A stretch of 60,000 nt of DNA, taken from the NCBI GenBank assembly GCA_013239625.1, contig MU054338.1, positions 6,550,724-6,610,723 of the forward strand. Reading direction: 5' to 3'. The position numbers and the translations under genes are program-made. Under the pieces are notes generated by a model. The model was given only the letters and a program-made list of their open reading frames with translations, was not told where the DNA came from and ran no database searches. Source of the DNA: Lama guanicoe. Its lineage: Eukaryota. Shown in pieces: positions 12,441-24,639 of this stretch (the stretch's first letter is position 1; every line of letters begins with the position of its first letter).

Positions 12441-14266
12441 ACTAATAAATGAATTTAGCAAAGTTACAAGATATGAAATCAACACACAAAAAATCAGTTG
12501 CTTTTCCATACTCTAATAATGAACAATCCAACAAGGATATTATGCAAACAATGTCATTTATAATAGCATCAAAATGAATGATACTTAGGAATAAATTTAA
12601 CCAAGGAGGCAAAAGCTTTGTACACTGAAAACCACAAAATTTTGCTGAAAGCAATTAGAGACACAAATAAATGGAAAGACATCCATATTCATAGATTGAA
12701 AGATTTAATAATGTCAAGATGTCCATACTACCCAAAGTGATCTACAGATTCAAAGTAATTTCTATAAAAATCCCAATGATGTTCTTTGTAGAAAAAAACA
12801 GTCCATTCTAGAATTCATATGGAATGTCAAGGAACTTAAAGAACCAAAGTAATCTCAAAAAAGAACAAAGTTGAGGGACTCACAATTCCTGATTTCAAAA
12901 GTTATTACAAAGCTACAGTAATCAAAACAGTGTGGAACTATATAAAGACAGATGTATAGACCATTGGGTTAGAATAGAGAGTCCAGAAATAAACCCTCAT
13001 TACATATGGGGTCAAATGATTTTCAGCATGGGAGCCAAGACCATTCAATAAAACTGGTGACCCACGTACAAAAGAATGAAGTTGGATCTCTACCTTATTT
13101 ATATACAAAAATTAACCCAAAATGGATCAAAGACCTAAAAATAAAGAGGTAAAACCATAAAACTCTTAGAAGCTTCATGACATTGGATTTAGCGATGATT
13201 TCTTGGATATGATACCAAAAGCACAGGCAGCAAAAGAAAAATAAGTTAGATTTCACCCAAGTTTAAAACCTTTGTGTAGCAAAGGACATTGTTTAGAGAG
13301 TGAAAAGGCAATTCACAGAATGGGAGAACAGTTTTGCAAATCACATTTTTCATAAGGGATTAATATCTAGAATCTATAAAGAACTCCTAAAACTTAACAA
13401 CAACAAAACAACCCAATTAAAAAGTGGGAAAAGCACTTTAATAAACATTTCTCCAAAGAAGATATGCAGATGGACAATAAACACATGAGAAGATGCTCGA
13501 CACCATGAGTCATGAGGAAAATGCAAATCAAAACCCCAATGAGACACCACTACATACCTATTAGGATGGCTATTATTAAAAAAACAAAAAAGGAAAATAA
13601 CAAGTGTTGGCAAGCATGTGGAGAAACTGGAATATCTGTGCATTGCTGGTGGGAATATAAAGCCACTGTAGAAAACAGTTTGGCAGCCCCCAAAAAACTT
13701 AAGTACAGAATTACCATGTAATCCAGCAATCCTACTCCTAGGTACATACACCCCCAAAGAATTTAAAGTTAGGACACAAACAGATGCTTGTACATCAGTG
13801 TCCAGAGCAGCATTATTCACAATAGCCAAAAGGTAGAAATAACTCAAATGACCATCAGTGTGCCCATAAAGAGAATGTGGTGTATGTGTACAATGGAATA
13901 TTACTCAGTCTTAAAAAAGAAGTAAATTCTGACGTAGGCTACAAAGTGAATGAACCCTGAAAACATGCTAAATGAAATAAGCCAGACACAAAAAGGCATA
14001 TATTGTACCATTCCACTCACATGAGGTCCCTAGATCAGTCAAATTCATAGAGAAAGCAGAATGGTGGGTGCCAGGGGCTGGGGGAGGGAGAATGGGGAGT
14101 CAGTGTTTAAAGGGACAGAGTTTCAGTATAGGAAAACGAAAACATAATGGAGATGGATGGTGGGGATGGTTGCACCACAAATTGAATGTACTTAATGACA
14201 CTGAATTTCACATTCAAGTTAAAATGGTAAATTTTATGTTGCATATATTTCATCATAATAAAAAAA
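12441..14266 (+). mobile_element. 5'-truncated L1 (L1MB-like): degenerate ORF2 C-terminus and 3' UTR
   Basis: ORF fragments KRQFTEWENSFANHIFHKGLISRIYKELL and [21 protein letters not shown]; ends in an A-rich tail. Confidence 0.9.
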
Positions 14267-14319
14267 TCTCATTCAATGTGTACTAAAAAGGGTGAAATTT
14301 ACTATATGTTAATTTTTTT

Positions 14320-14506
14320 AAGTTTTAAAAAAAATTTTTCACGTAGTTAAACAGTGCATCTTTATCTTTGTCACATTTGCTTATTTACTTACCTATCTAC
14401 CTATCTATCTATCTATCTGTCTATCTAATGGAGGTACTGGGGATTGAATCCAGGACTCCGAGCATGCTAAGCACGCACTTTACCAGTTAGCTATATACCT
14501 ACCCCT
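14320..14506 (-). mobile_element. Camelid-type SINE with a (TAGA)n-containing tail; TSD-like ct(a/g)tatgttaattttt
   Basis: Reverse-complement SINE head at 14427-14505. Confidence 0.8.
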
Positions 14507-17133
14507 CTGTATGTTAATTTTTCAAAGTAAATTAAAAAAAATAAAAACACTCTTAGGAAAAAATATGGTTAGCTCATGAGCTTGGGTCTTTGATGATAAT
14601 GCCCATTTATTGAGTACCTACTGTGTACCAGGTGCCAGGTTAGATTCTTTGAGGTATATAATTATAAGATACTTTTTCCATATTTACCGTGTCCCTGGCA
14701 CTATCAAAGAGCTTTGGACACATGAACTCAGTTAGGTCTCCCACCAACCCTGTGAGTCGAGTTCTGTTAACATCCTGGTTCCATGAGGAGACTGAGGCAC
14801 AGAGGGGCAGCAAGGGGTTGGTGGCCTTGCTGTCTGAGAACCATGTCCCATCTCCCAAGGCCCAGCCTGGATTATGTGGCTCCGCGGAGTGCCACTGGGG
14901 AGGGGAGAGTCCTCCATACTGAGGACCTCACCTCTGCCCCTAGAACTGGAGCCACAGTTCAGGGAAGGTGAGACCCAAGCCCTGAGGATGCCCAACTAGC
15001 ATTGTAGGCAGATCCTGCAGCCCATGGGGACTCAGCTCACGTAAGCAGGAGCCCAGAGGCCGGGATGGGAAGAGGAGGTTCCCTGGGGTCCTGCTGTTTG
15101 TGCTTCCTGGAGCTAATGTCCCCTGGGCTGTGGAAGGGGAGAGGGGAGAGGGTTTGGTTTGTTGAACTGCAGTCTGAGAAGGGGGTGGGTGGGTCTCAGC
15201 AGCCCCTCAGAGTCAGACCATGGAGCTGTGGGGACTCATCCCTCCCTGACCTGCCACTGCTCATAGTGACTAGTTAGGCTGGAGGCTGTTCCAGCAATGT
15301 CTCAATGAGACCCAAAGCCACAAATCGCAGCCGGGACAGCCAACAGGCCCTGACATCACAGCAGCATGCCCAGATACTTCACCAGAAAGGAAATGACTTC
15401 TCCAAGACACCCCTTTGGACAGGCTGACCACTTGATGAAGTTTCTACCTGCCTTCACTCCTCTGGGGCCCCTAGGCCTGCCCACCTGGGCTCCCAAAGCA
15501 TCAAACTGGGCCTCCTGAGGACTGTGCAGCCCAGGGGCAGATCCAGTCTTCAGAGAGTTCTGCCACAGGGGCCGATGGGAAACAAACAAGCAGCGGCGGG
15601 TGGGGAGAGTAGGGAAAGAGGACATGTCCCAGTTGATAAAAATCATCACAATGAATGTAGTCAAATGTTCTTGAATGTCACATGCTAGGCACAGTGCTAT
15701 GCCCAAACAAGCCCTAATGCCCCATTTCTCAGAGAAAGAAACTGAGGAACAAACAGGATGAGTAACTCGGCTAGTGGTAAAGCAAGGATTTGAACCTGGT
15801 AGTAAATCACCGGTGTCTGTCTTCCCCAGGCAGGCCTGGCATGTCCGGGCTCCCTGCCCCACTCCACCTGACTCCCTCGTAGGAGGTGCCGGGCAGCCTT
15901 TATGGAAAGGCCTGGCATTTGCTTTGTGAAGGTCACACGGAGGCTGGGGGCGGGTGCTGGTGTGTGTCTGCCAGGCGGGCGCGTGGTGCCAGGTGACATG
16001 GCTGTTTGTGGGGCTGGGTGTGCAAGGAGGGTCTGTGTGTGTGTGAGTCAGGGTGTGTGTGTGTTCAGGAGTATTCAGTGCAGACAGTTGTCTGTGTGGA
16101 TCTGCACGTCTGTATTTGTGAGAGGAGTCTGGGTGTTGGTGGTGCCTGTGTGGATCTGTGTGAACATATCTGTGTGTGTGTCTGTGGTCTGTGTGACCTT
16201 GGGACAGTGTACCTATGTGCCACACACGTGCTGTGACTGTCCCCGACTCTTCAGTGGCTATGAGGTATGAATGGTCCTATGTATGGCCATGTGCAGGTGA
16301 GACTCAGGCCTGGGTATCTGTTGTGATGAGAGTGTGTGTTCCTGCAGTCACTGTAGTGTGAGACTAGGGTTTCTACGGTATGTTTGTCACCATGATGCTG
16401 GGTCAACTGCGGGGTTCTCTTTTTGGTCCCAGCAGCCAGAAGCCCCATGCCTAGCATGGTAAACACCAGGTGACCCCGATTACCCTGTGAGAGTGTCCAT
16501 GTTTGTGTGTTGTGTGACTGTGTCTGCGGAGCGTGTGTCCCCCTGTTGGAGAGCGTGTGTGTCCAGGTGTCTGAAGAGGTTGGTGCAGGGAGCAAGAATA
16601 AGGCTGGAGTACCCTGAGAATTCTGAGACCCTAAAGATCGTGGCTCTGCCCCAGCACTGCCCAGCTGATTCTAAATACCCCTCCCAAGTTCCAGCAGGAA
16701 CCTCTTCCCCACCCCCACCCCAGCTTGGTTTTCAGCCTGGCTGCCCCAGCAAGGAAGGAGGGAGGGTAAGGCTGGAGGCACTGAGCAGAGCAGGGCTGGA
16801 GGGACCTGGCTTGAGGCCAGTGGCCCGGGAGTGGAGCCCAGGTGACGCTGGACACCCATATTTGCCGCCAGAATGAATGCCAGAAGCCCAGGTTTAGGGG
16901 CACAAAGATCCCACCCTGGGTAGGTAGGAAGAGGGCAGGATCCAGCACTGCTTCTGGGGGGCACCACCTGCAGGAAGCCCTCAGCAGCACCCAGACAGTT
17001 TAGGGACAGGGAAAGGTGTGGCAGGCAGACCCTGGAAGCCACTTTGGGGGCTCCTCCAAGACAGAATGCCCCTACCCACCCAGCAGCCAGAGCCTCTGGT
17101 GGCAAAGGAAAGGACAGGCCGAGGGCCACCCAC

Positions 17134-17276
17134 CTGACAGATCTGCCTGGAGGGTACCAACAGGTGTCCTCGTCGCTGAAGGAGAAGTGGATCAGGGACT
17201 CAGGGCCCGCGGGGGGCAGTGCCAGGGCAGGGGGCCGGGGCCGGGGCCGGGCCCGGGGCGCTGCACTGGAGCGCAT
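17134..17276 (-). CDS. PDE4A: PDE4A10-type alternative first coding exon MRSSAAPRARPRPRPPALALPPAGPESLIHFSFSDEDTCWYPPGRSV(S)
   Basis: 47 codons + 2 nt ending AG|gtgggt; phase 2 fits the 7750 acceptor; lies in a CpG island; resembles the recalled PDE4A10 N-terminus. Confidence 0.9.
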
Positions 17277-17279
17277 GAG

Positions 17280-19090
17280 TGCCAGGCGCCGTCGGCGCGC
17301 GCATGAGGACGGCTGCACCCTGGTGTGGCGTGCGCCGCTCGCCAGGCCCGAGGTGTCTGCGGCAGCCGCCGCCGGCGCCGCCTCTACACCCGCCCTCCCG
17401 GTGACCCCCCCAAGGGGCGGCCCCGGGCATTCAGGCGTCCCCTCGTCCGCAGCGCCTGGGCTGGCTCCCCTGCCTGCCTCCTCCTGCGGGGGCCCTGCAG
17501 AACTCTGCTCACACCTCCCGCCTGCCTCTCTTCCCCCGGGCCTCGGAGGGTGCCCCGGGCTCCGGTTTCCCGGGCTCCGAGCCCGCCTCTGGCCCCGCCT
17601 TCTCCCCCCCTCCCCCTGACGTCGAGCTGGGCCAGCTGGAGGTCTCTGAACGCGGTGCGTGCCGCGGGGAACCACTTGCCCGAGGACGGAGTGCGGGGTC
17701 CAGTGAAAAAAAACCCCAGGGGAGGGACGATGGATGCTGGGAGGTGGAACTGGGGGCTTGGCGGGCGGCGGAAGAGAGACAGGAGAGAGAGAGAGAAGTG
17801 AAGACAGAGACACAGACAGAAACCGGAGACAGCAAACGATTCCCCCCACCACACCCTCCCCAACCCCCTGCCGGGCTTCCAGAGGCCTCGATCGCTCCTC
17901 CTTATCTCTCCCGTCCCGGATCTCTTCCCCGAGTCCAGATGCAGGGCTCGCGTCCTGTCCCTACAGTGCCCTCTTCTCAGCCTGTGTCCCTGGACTCAGA
18001 TTCTAAACAAGAGCATGAGGGGAGTAGGGGAGAGTGGGGCAACCAAAGAAGCTTCCAGAGAAGCCCCCAGAGCCAGAAGCCCCCAGAGCCAGCCCGTGCC
18101 TACCTCTGGGCTATGAACCTCAGTTTCCAAGATAAACGGACACTGGAAAGCCAGGCCGGATGTGGCCTCCAGGCTCCTCACCCCCAGGCTTCCCGCTCCC
18201 GCGGCCCACCCCGGGTCTGGCCAGGAAGGGAACTTCCATTTGCCCTCCTTGCCTGGTGCGGGCGGTGACATCCCCAAGCCTCCTAGCAAGGCATCCTCTA
18301 GAGGGCGGAGCTGGCCCCATTTCCCGGGCCGTTAGACTGAGGATAACAACTGAATACACGTCCTCAGATCACCCTGGATGGCAGGTTGGCCTCGCTCCCT
18401 CAAAGCGTGACCGCAGCTTCAGGTCTGCACAGGAAGTGGGAGGAACATAGCGTTTATTGAGCGCCTACTGCATGCCTTATCAGATGTCTCCACAGCAACC
18501 CTGGCGAGCAGAGATGATTTTTATCGTTGCCCTGTGACGAAGAGGAAGAGTGAGGCTGGAAGGGCCAGCTATGGATCAGAGACCCCGTCGCGAGCCAGAC
18601 GTCCAGCGGATACTCTAACCCACAGCCACCAGTGCGCACTTACCCGGCCCAAGCCTGGCGGCCGAAATCCTGAAAGCTGCGGAGAAGCCGAAGGCGCCTG
18701 CGGAAAGTTGGGGACGGGCTGGCAAAGAAGACCGGCGAAGAAGGCGGCGAACGTGGGCGGCGGGGCGAGCGCGGGGCCGGGGGCTCGGGCAGGAACGCCT
18801 CGTCCTCGGTGGCCGCCGCTGCCGCCGCCGGGAAGGCCACCAGCTGCAGTTCGGGGATGCGGCCCAGGCCGCGCGGCCGCGCCATGGCCGCCGGGGGCGC
18901 GGGGCGGCCCCGCCTTGGCGGGCGCTGGGGAGCAGCGCCGCCCGCCCCGCGCGGCCCACGCAGGCCGGCGGCCCTTCTCTGGGGCCCACGCGCCCCACCC
19001 CGCCCGCCTTGGCCCTTCCGGCTACGCGCTGGGGCCGCCCCCGGGGCGGGGCGGGTCTGGGGCGCCCACTTGGCCTCGGGGCAGGGACAC
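17280..19090 (-). promoter_or_regulatory. CpG-rich promoter region spanning the PDE4A10 and PDE4A11 first exons
   Basis: Dense CpG, multiple GGGGCGGG GC boxes, TGACGTCG at 17617. Confidence 0.7.
18644..18885 (-). CDS. PDE4A: PDE4A11-type alternative first coding exon MARPRGLGRIPELQLVAFP...FRRRLRLLRSFQDFGRQAWA(G)
   Basis: Kozak gccATGG; 80 codons + 2 nt ending GG|gtaagt (phase 2); CpG island; matches the recalled PDE4A11 N-terminus. Confidence 0.93.
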
Positions 19091-19760
19091 CCCACAGACC
19101 CTAGGCACTCCCTGCAGTCCTTCTGACGTCTTCACAATCACCGGAAGAGTCTCTACAAACACCCGGGCTGTCCCCCAAATCTCTGGGGCACTCACACACA
19201 TACACACGTTGGTGATGTTGTGAGCTTCCACAGACCTTAGGGGCATCCCCAAAGCCCCTCAGACAGCCCGCCCCACAATCCCAGGTAGTGCACCCACTAT
19301 CCCTGAGATGTCCCCACACAACCCAGAAGTGCCCACCAAATCCCTGTGTTCCCCCACAAAACCCAGAGGTGCTCTGAGAGGCTCCCATAGACCCTGGACA
19401 CTCTCATAGCTCCCCAGGTGCCCCCCTCTAGTATCCTCACCGTTACTGAGACATCCCCACAAACCCCAAGGGCACCCCAAGAACACCAGGAGGTACCCAC
19501 AAATGCCAGGGGTACTCTGAGAGCCCATGAGAAGTCTCTTCAGATGCCAGGACAACCACCACAGTTCCTCAGAATTCCCCCAAACCCTCAGGAGCACTCT
19601 CAGCATCCCTGAGTCATGCAGAGACCCTCCAAACACCCCAAGAATCTCCCACAGCCACAGAGCATCCCCACAGACCTCATGAAAGGCCCCCCAATCCTAG
19701 GGTCCCTCCTTAGTCTGAGGCATCTCTTAGAATTGGGGCCCCCACAGCTCATAAGGTAGC
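19090..19760 (+). repeat. Highly degenerate ~22-bp repeat tract (consensus near cccacaaaccccagaggcatcc)
   Basis: Recurring cccacagacc / cccacaaa / ccccaaa words. Confidence 0.55.
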
Positions 19761-20793
19761 TCCAAGAATCTGACATCCCCTCAGTACTGACTTCTGTGGG
19801 GCCCAGCAGTGGTGGCTCTGAATGCCCAACCACTGTGACTCTGTGGGAGGTATATTATCCCCTTGCACAAAAAGGGAAACTGAGCTCAGAATGGTGAAGA
19901 TTCCTGAATAAAGTCAGCTAGCTACTTATTCCAGCGGCCACCCCACCTATCTGTGGCTCTTGGGGGTTAGGGAAGTGGGAGAGACAATGTTTAAAATAAG
20001 ACAATGGGACAAATCTTTATTTTAAATCTAAATCGCCTCAGTGAATGTCTTTCCCTGTCTACCTGTTGGCTCTGATGTCAAGGGGTCCAAAGTTGGATGG
20101 CCTAGGCTTGAGTCTGGCCTCTGGCACTTCTTATTCATTTGACCTTGAGCCAGTCACTTCATTTCACTGAGCCTCAGTTTTCCCACCTGTAAAATGGGTA
20201 GAATAACACTACACACCTCATATCTGGACATGTAAAAGGCTCAGAAAAGCGTCTGGACATACTAAGTACTCAGTATTAGCTACAACTATTGTTATTGGAA
20301 AAAACATTTATGGAGAGCTTATAATGTGCAAGCCACATACTGGCCAGAGGATACAGACGATGCTGCTGCTGCTGATGATGATGACCACAGTTAACCTTCA
20401 GAATGCTTCCTGTGCGTTCAGTGCCTGCAACTATGATTTCATTTAATCCTCACAAAATGCCCACCAAGAGATACTATGGTCCCATTTTAATGGATGGGAA
20501 AACTGAGCCTTAGAAAGAAACAACATAGGTCAAGGTCACATAGCCAATGAGTGGCTGAGCTAAGCTCTAGACCAGTGGTTGTCTCCTTTTATTTCACACT
20601 TGCCTCCCTAAGTGGCTTTTTAGACCTCTCCCCTCATTGCCTCCTCCATAAATGTAATGCCATGGATATACTGTTTATCTATTTATGTACTAGGTGTATA
20701 TCTGGATTTTATACATAAAAGTAAGATTTTTTTTTCACACGTCCAGTCCAAGAATCAAATTTCACCCCCTTGGAGGTGATGTCACCTGGGAAT

Positions 20794-21019
20794 GCAGGGT
20801 TTCCCAACCTTGGCAAAACCAACCTTTGGCACCCGGTAATCCTTTGTCCTGGCGGGGGGGGACGGTCCTGTGTGGTAATAGCAGTAGCAGAATCCCTGGC
20901 TCCTCCCCACTAGATGCCAGCAGCACCTAGTCATGACAACTAAAAATGTCTCCAGTCATTGCCACATGTCCCCTGGGGGGCAGAATTGCCCCTGTTGCCA
21001 GCTGAGAACTGTTGTTCTA
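20794..21019 (+). mobile_element. MER20 (hAT-Charlie) DNA transposon relic
   Basis: cccactagatgccagcagcacc...gtcatgacaactaaaaatgtctccag...tgtcccctggggggcagaattgcccc. Confidence 0.8.
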
Positions 21020-24000
21020 AACCCATTAAGACCTATGCCCTGGCTACCAGGACCCCTAAGTCCATTCATTCACGCTTACCTGCCCTCAGGTTCCCCATAT
21101 TGTTTGGCTGATTCTTCAGATCAGACTTTGGGAATAGACCCATTTCAGAAATGGGGAAGCCAAGGCCCAGAGAGGGAAGTGATTTGGCTAGGGTCACCCA
21201 GCCTAGAAGGAGCACAGATGGATTATGAGTTGAGCTGTCTGACTCCAGAGACTGGGATTCTGGCCACTTGGCTACACAGGCCCTTCACATTTCAGTTTCC
21301 TTTCAGCCCAGTGACTTTTGACCCTTCCTAGGAAGTCAGATGTAAATTGAGGTCTAAAGCCAACACTGACCATGGCCTACAAGGCCCTACATTAGCTGCC
21401 CCATCACCTCCCTGCTTCATTTCCTTTCAGCATCACTTGCTCACTCTGCCCCAGACACACTTGCTGTCCTGCTTTTCTTCCAACGTATCAGACAGGCTTC
21501 TACCTCAGGATCTTTGCACTGGCTGTTCCCTCTGCTTGTCACCGTCATTCTTCAGACACCTACATGACATCCTTTCTCACTTCATTTAGGTCTCTGCTCA
21601 AATGTCACCTCCTCAGAGACATTTCCTGACCTCAAGGTCCTTCTTTTCTTCTTGTCCCATGTGTCACCAACTGGAATTTGCTATTTCTTCCTCACCCACT
21701 ACCCCGAGAATGTCAGGACGGCAGGGACTGGGTCCATTTCATTCTTTACCACAGCCTGAGGATGCTCAATCAATGTTTGTGGAACGAATGGCAGCATTGC
21801 AGATGAGGAAACTGAGGCTTTGACCGGTGAAATCCTTTCCCAAGGCCACATAGCAAGTCAAGGGCAAAGGCTGGATTTGGTATCCCACTCAGGAGTGAAA
21901 TCGGTGGGCTCAGATGCCACCAAAACTCTGTACTCACGCTGCCAGTCTGTAGCTCCCCTAGTCCCAAAGTCCTAATTTCCTGCAATTCCAAGGAGCTGGC
22001 AGTCAATCTGTTAGTGGTGAAGGAGTGGGCACCCTGGCAGCCAGGGCTCGGGTTTGTGGTTTGGGGGATGCCCCCCTTTCTCTCTGCGGAGGAAGTGCGT
22101 TTTGAGGAAGTGCAGTTCTCAAAACACCAGATTCAACGTCAGCCATTTCAGCCTTACCACAGCCCTAGGGGTGGGCAGATCTTATTCAGCCCCCTTTGCT
22201 GAGAAGGAAACAGGGCAGGGGGTATGATGCTGGCCTCGCGTCACGCAGTGAGTCAGCGGGCAGGGCTACAATCTGAATCTCACCCACTGGTCTGGAGCCT
22301 AGGAGACCTGGCTTTTAACCCTGATTCTGCCCTTCCTTGCTTGGGTGACCTTGGGCAAATAACTCTCCGTTTCCTCGGCAGGAATGGAAAGCCAAAGATG
22401 CCGTGAGTTAAAACGCAGCTTGGTGTTGGGAAGCCCTGGCATGGGCATCATTGGCATGGGCAAACGCGCCTGGAGGCGAGACGGGAACTCCGCGTCCTCA
22501 ACTTTTCCGCCAAGTTCCTCTCCACCCGCCAGGCGGCCGTCTCCACCACGCTCGGCTTGGAGTGGAGGATGGAGGGAGCGGCCTGGTCCCGACGCGGGGA
22601 GGGCGAGGACCTCACCCGCAGCCTGCGGTCGGCTGGCCTGGCGCTCGCTCTCCGGGGCGCTCAATAAGCATGAAATTATAATACGGGGCGCCGCGGCAGT
22701 GGCGGCGGCGGCGATTTTGCTCTGCTCGGGGACCAGAGTCCCGGAGGCAGGTCCGGACTCTGAGCGCACACTCAGCCTGAGCCTTTCCTGTCACCCAGCA
22801 GAGGGCGCGCGGAGGGAGGGGCGCGAGGAGAGCTCTGCTCCCGATACACATGCAGGGATATGGGAGCGCCAGGGACTGGGGGGAGGCGAAGACCCAAGTG
22901 GAGCCATGGGCCAGAGAGACACCCCAGTCCGACTGCGTCCACCCACTCCTGGGGCCAAGCAGCGTACCCTCCTCGGTGGGGAGAATCTAGGGGGTCCAAA
23001 AGGAGTCATACGTTGGCCCCGCTCCCAATTCAGGCAAGTCCCCCCCACCTCACCAACAGAGTCCTTCTCTTCCTCCCTCTCCATCTGCCTCTTGACTGAT
23101 TGCAGCGGTGCGGTGACTCAGCCCCATGGGGCGCCGGGAGCGCAGGCTCTTACATCCCCAGGTCTGGAGGGGGGCTGTGGATGCCATCTCAGATATGGGG
23201 CAGTGCCCTCTCTTTAGAGGTGCCTGTGATTCAAGTCTGGAGGGCTCTCTGGATCCCCTTTTTGGTGGCTGCATGAGTTCCAACGTGGGTAGCGCAGGAG
23301 CCCCCTGAGTGTGCACCCTTTCTGAAGAACTGGGCTGGCAGAATACCCATTCTAAGGAGTGAGGTTCCCATTGGAGGCCTCTCAGTTTCCCCTTCCTCCT
23401 TCTGCCTGGGAGTGGGAGGAAGATGCTGGCACTAATGCCCTCCCTCCAGCCACAGCCACTGGAGTCTACACAGGCCCACAGTGAAACAGAAAACTGAGCC
23501 CCTGTGGGGATGTGGTTGAGGTTCCCGTTTTTCCTTCCCACCCTAGAGGAGCAGGGGAGCAGGGTCTACCACGGCCTCGCCTCCTCTCCCAAATCTGGGT
23601 CTGTGAGTGACTACCGAACATTCACTGTGTTAAGTCCTTTACTCACATCCCCAGTCTCACAGACCTGACCCCCACAAGGCAGTGCCAACAACAGCACCAC
23701 TTTAGGTGGGGAAACTGGGGCTCAGAGACGGTAAGACATTTGTGCCAGGACACACAGGCATCAGACAGACCTGTGTTAGAATCTCAGCTCTGCCATTTTC
23801 TGGTTGTGTGAACTTGGGAAAGGAGGAGAAAGCACTTTGTCCCTCTGGGCCTCAGTTTCTCTATCTGCCCAACAGGAATACCTCACCGGGCACTGGGGAT
23901 GAAGATGTGTGGAAAAGTCCCTGGCATGGAGCCCAAGAGTGAGCCATCACGAGCTAGATCCCACTGAGGCAATGATGATTATTACCACTCAGCTACTGTC

Positions 24001-24639
24001 ACCAGAGAGTCAGCACCCCAGAGACCAGGGTCGGGGGGTCCCTGGGGCTTTAAAAGGGAAGAGTGCCCTGTTCCTCTTGTACCCTGCCCCTTCCTGGGTC
24101 TCTTAAACAGTAACCTGAGCCAGTTTGGTGTGCTGTCCCTGGTCCTGGCATTTCCTGTTGATTCCAGCTTTGTTTTCCTTCAGCTTCTTTTCAGTTCCCT
24201 CTGGGAACTAGCAGGCTGTGTGTGCTGGACCTATAACACAACTTCCTGGTCGGGGCAGGAATGCTGGGGCTGGGTGAGCCCTGAATGGAGACAAGTGGGT
24301 GACATGGAGGCTGTGGTGCCTGCTGGAAGTCCCCAGAGATAGCTAGAATAGTAGGGTCCCAGCCTAGAGGGACCTCGGACAGGAACTCCAGGAGTGAGAG
24401 ACCTGAATGTGACTGTCTTACTGATGCTCCAGGCAGAGGGGTGCCCATGGGAGTCAGGCAAAGCACAGTCAAAGCCATCAGTCATCCATTTCACCAGAGC
24501 ACAAAGTCAGAACCCAGAGCACCATCAGAACATGAGGTGGTTAAAGGACAGAACAGCAGGCAGATGGGAGCACACCCCAAAAATCAGAGCATTGACTCCC
24601 AGACACTGGACACACAAGTAGCCAAGAGCACGCCACAGT

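Noticed and set aside
13300..13721. ORFs similar to L1 ORF2
   Set aside because: Fragments of a 5'-truncated, frameshifted L1; not an active element
16671..17852. 393-aa ORF and other long ORFs in GC-rich islands (e.g. 25994..26884, 22384..23217, 18534..19223, 56361..57014)
   Set aside because: Stop-poor GC-rich sequence yielding Pro/Arg/Gly/Ala low-complexity peptides; only the PDE4A exon segments are recognisable
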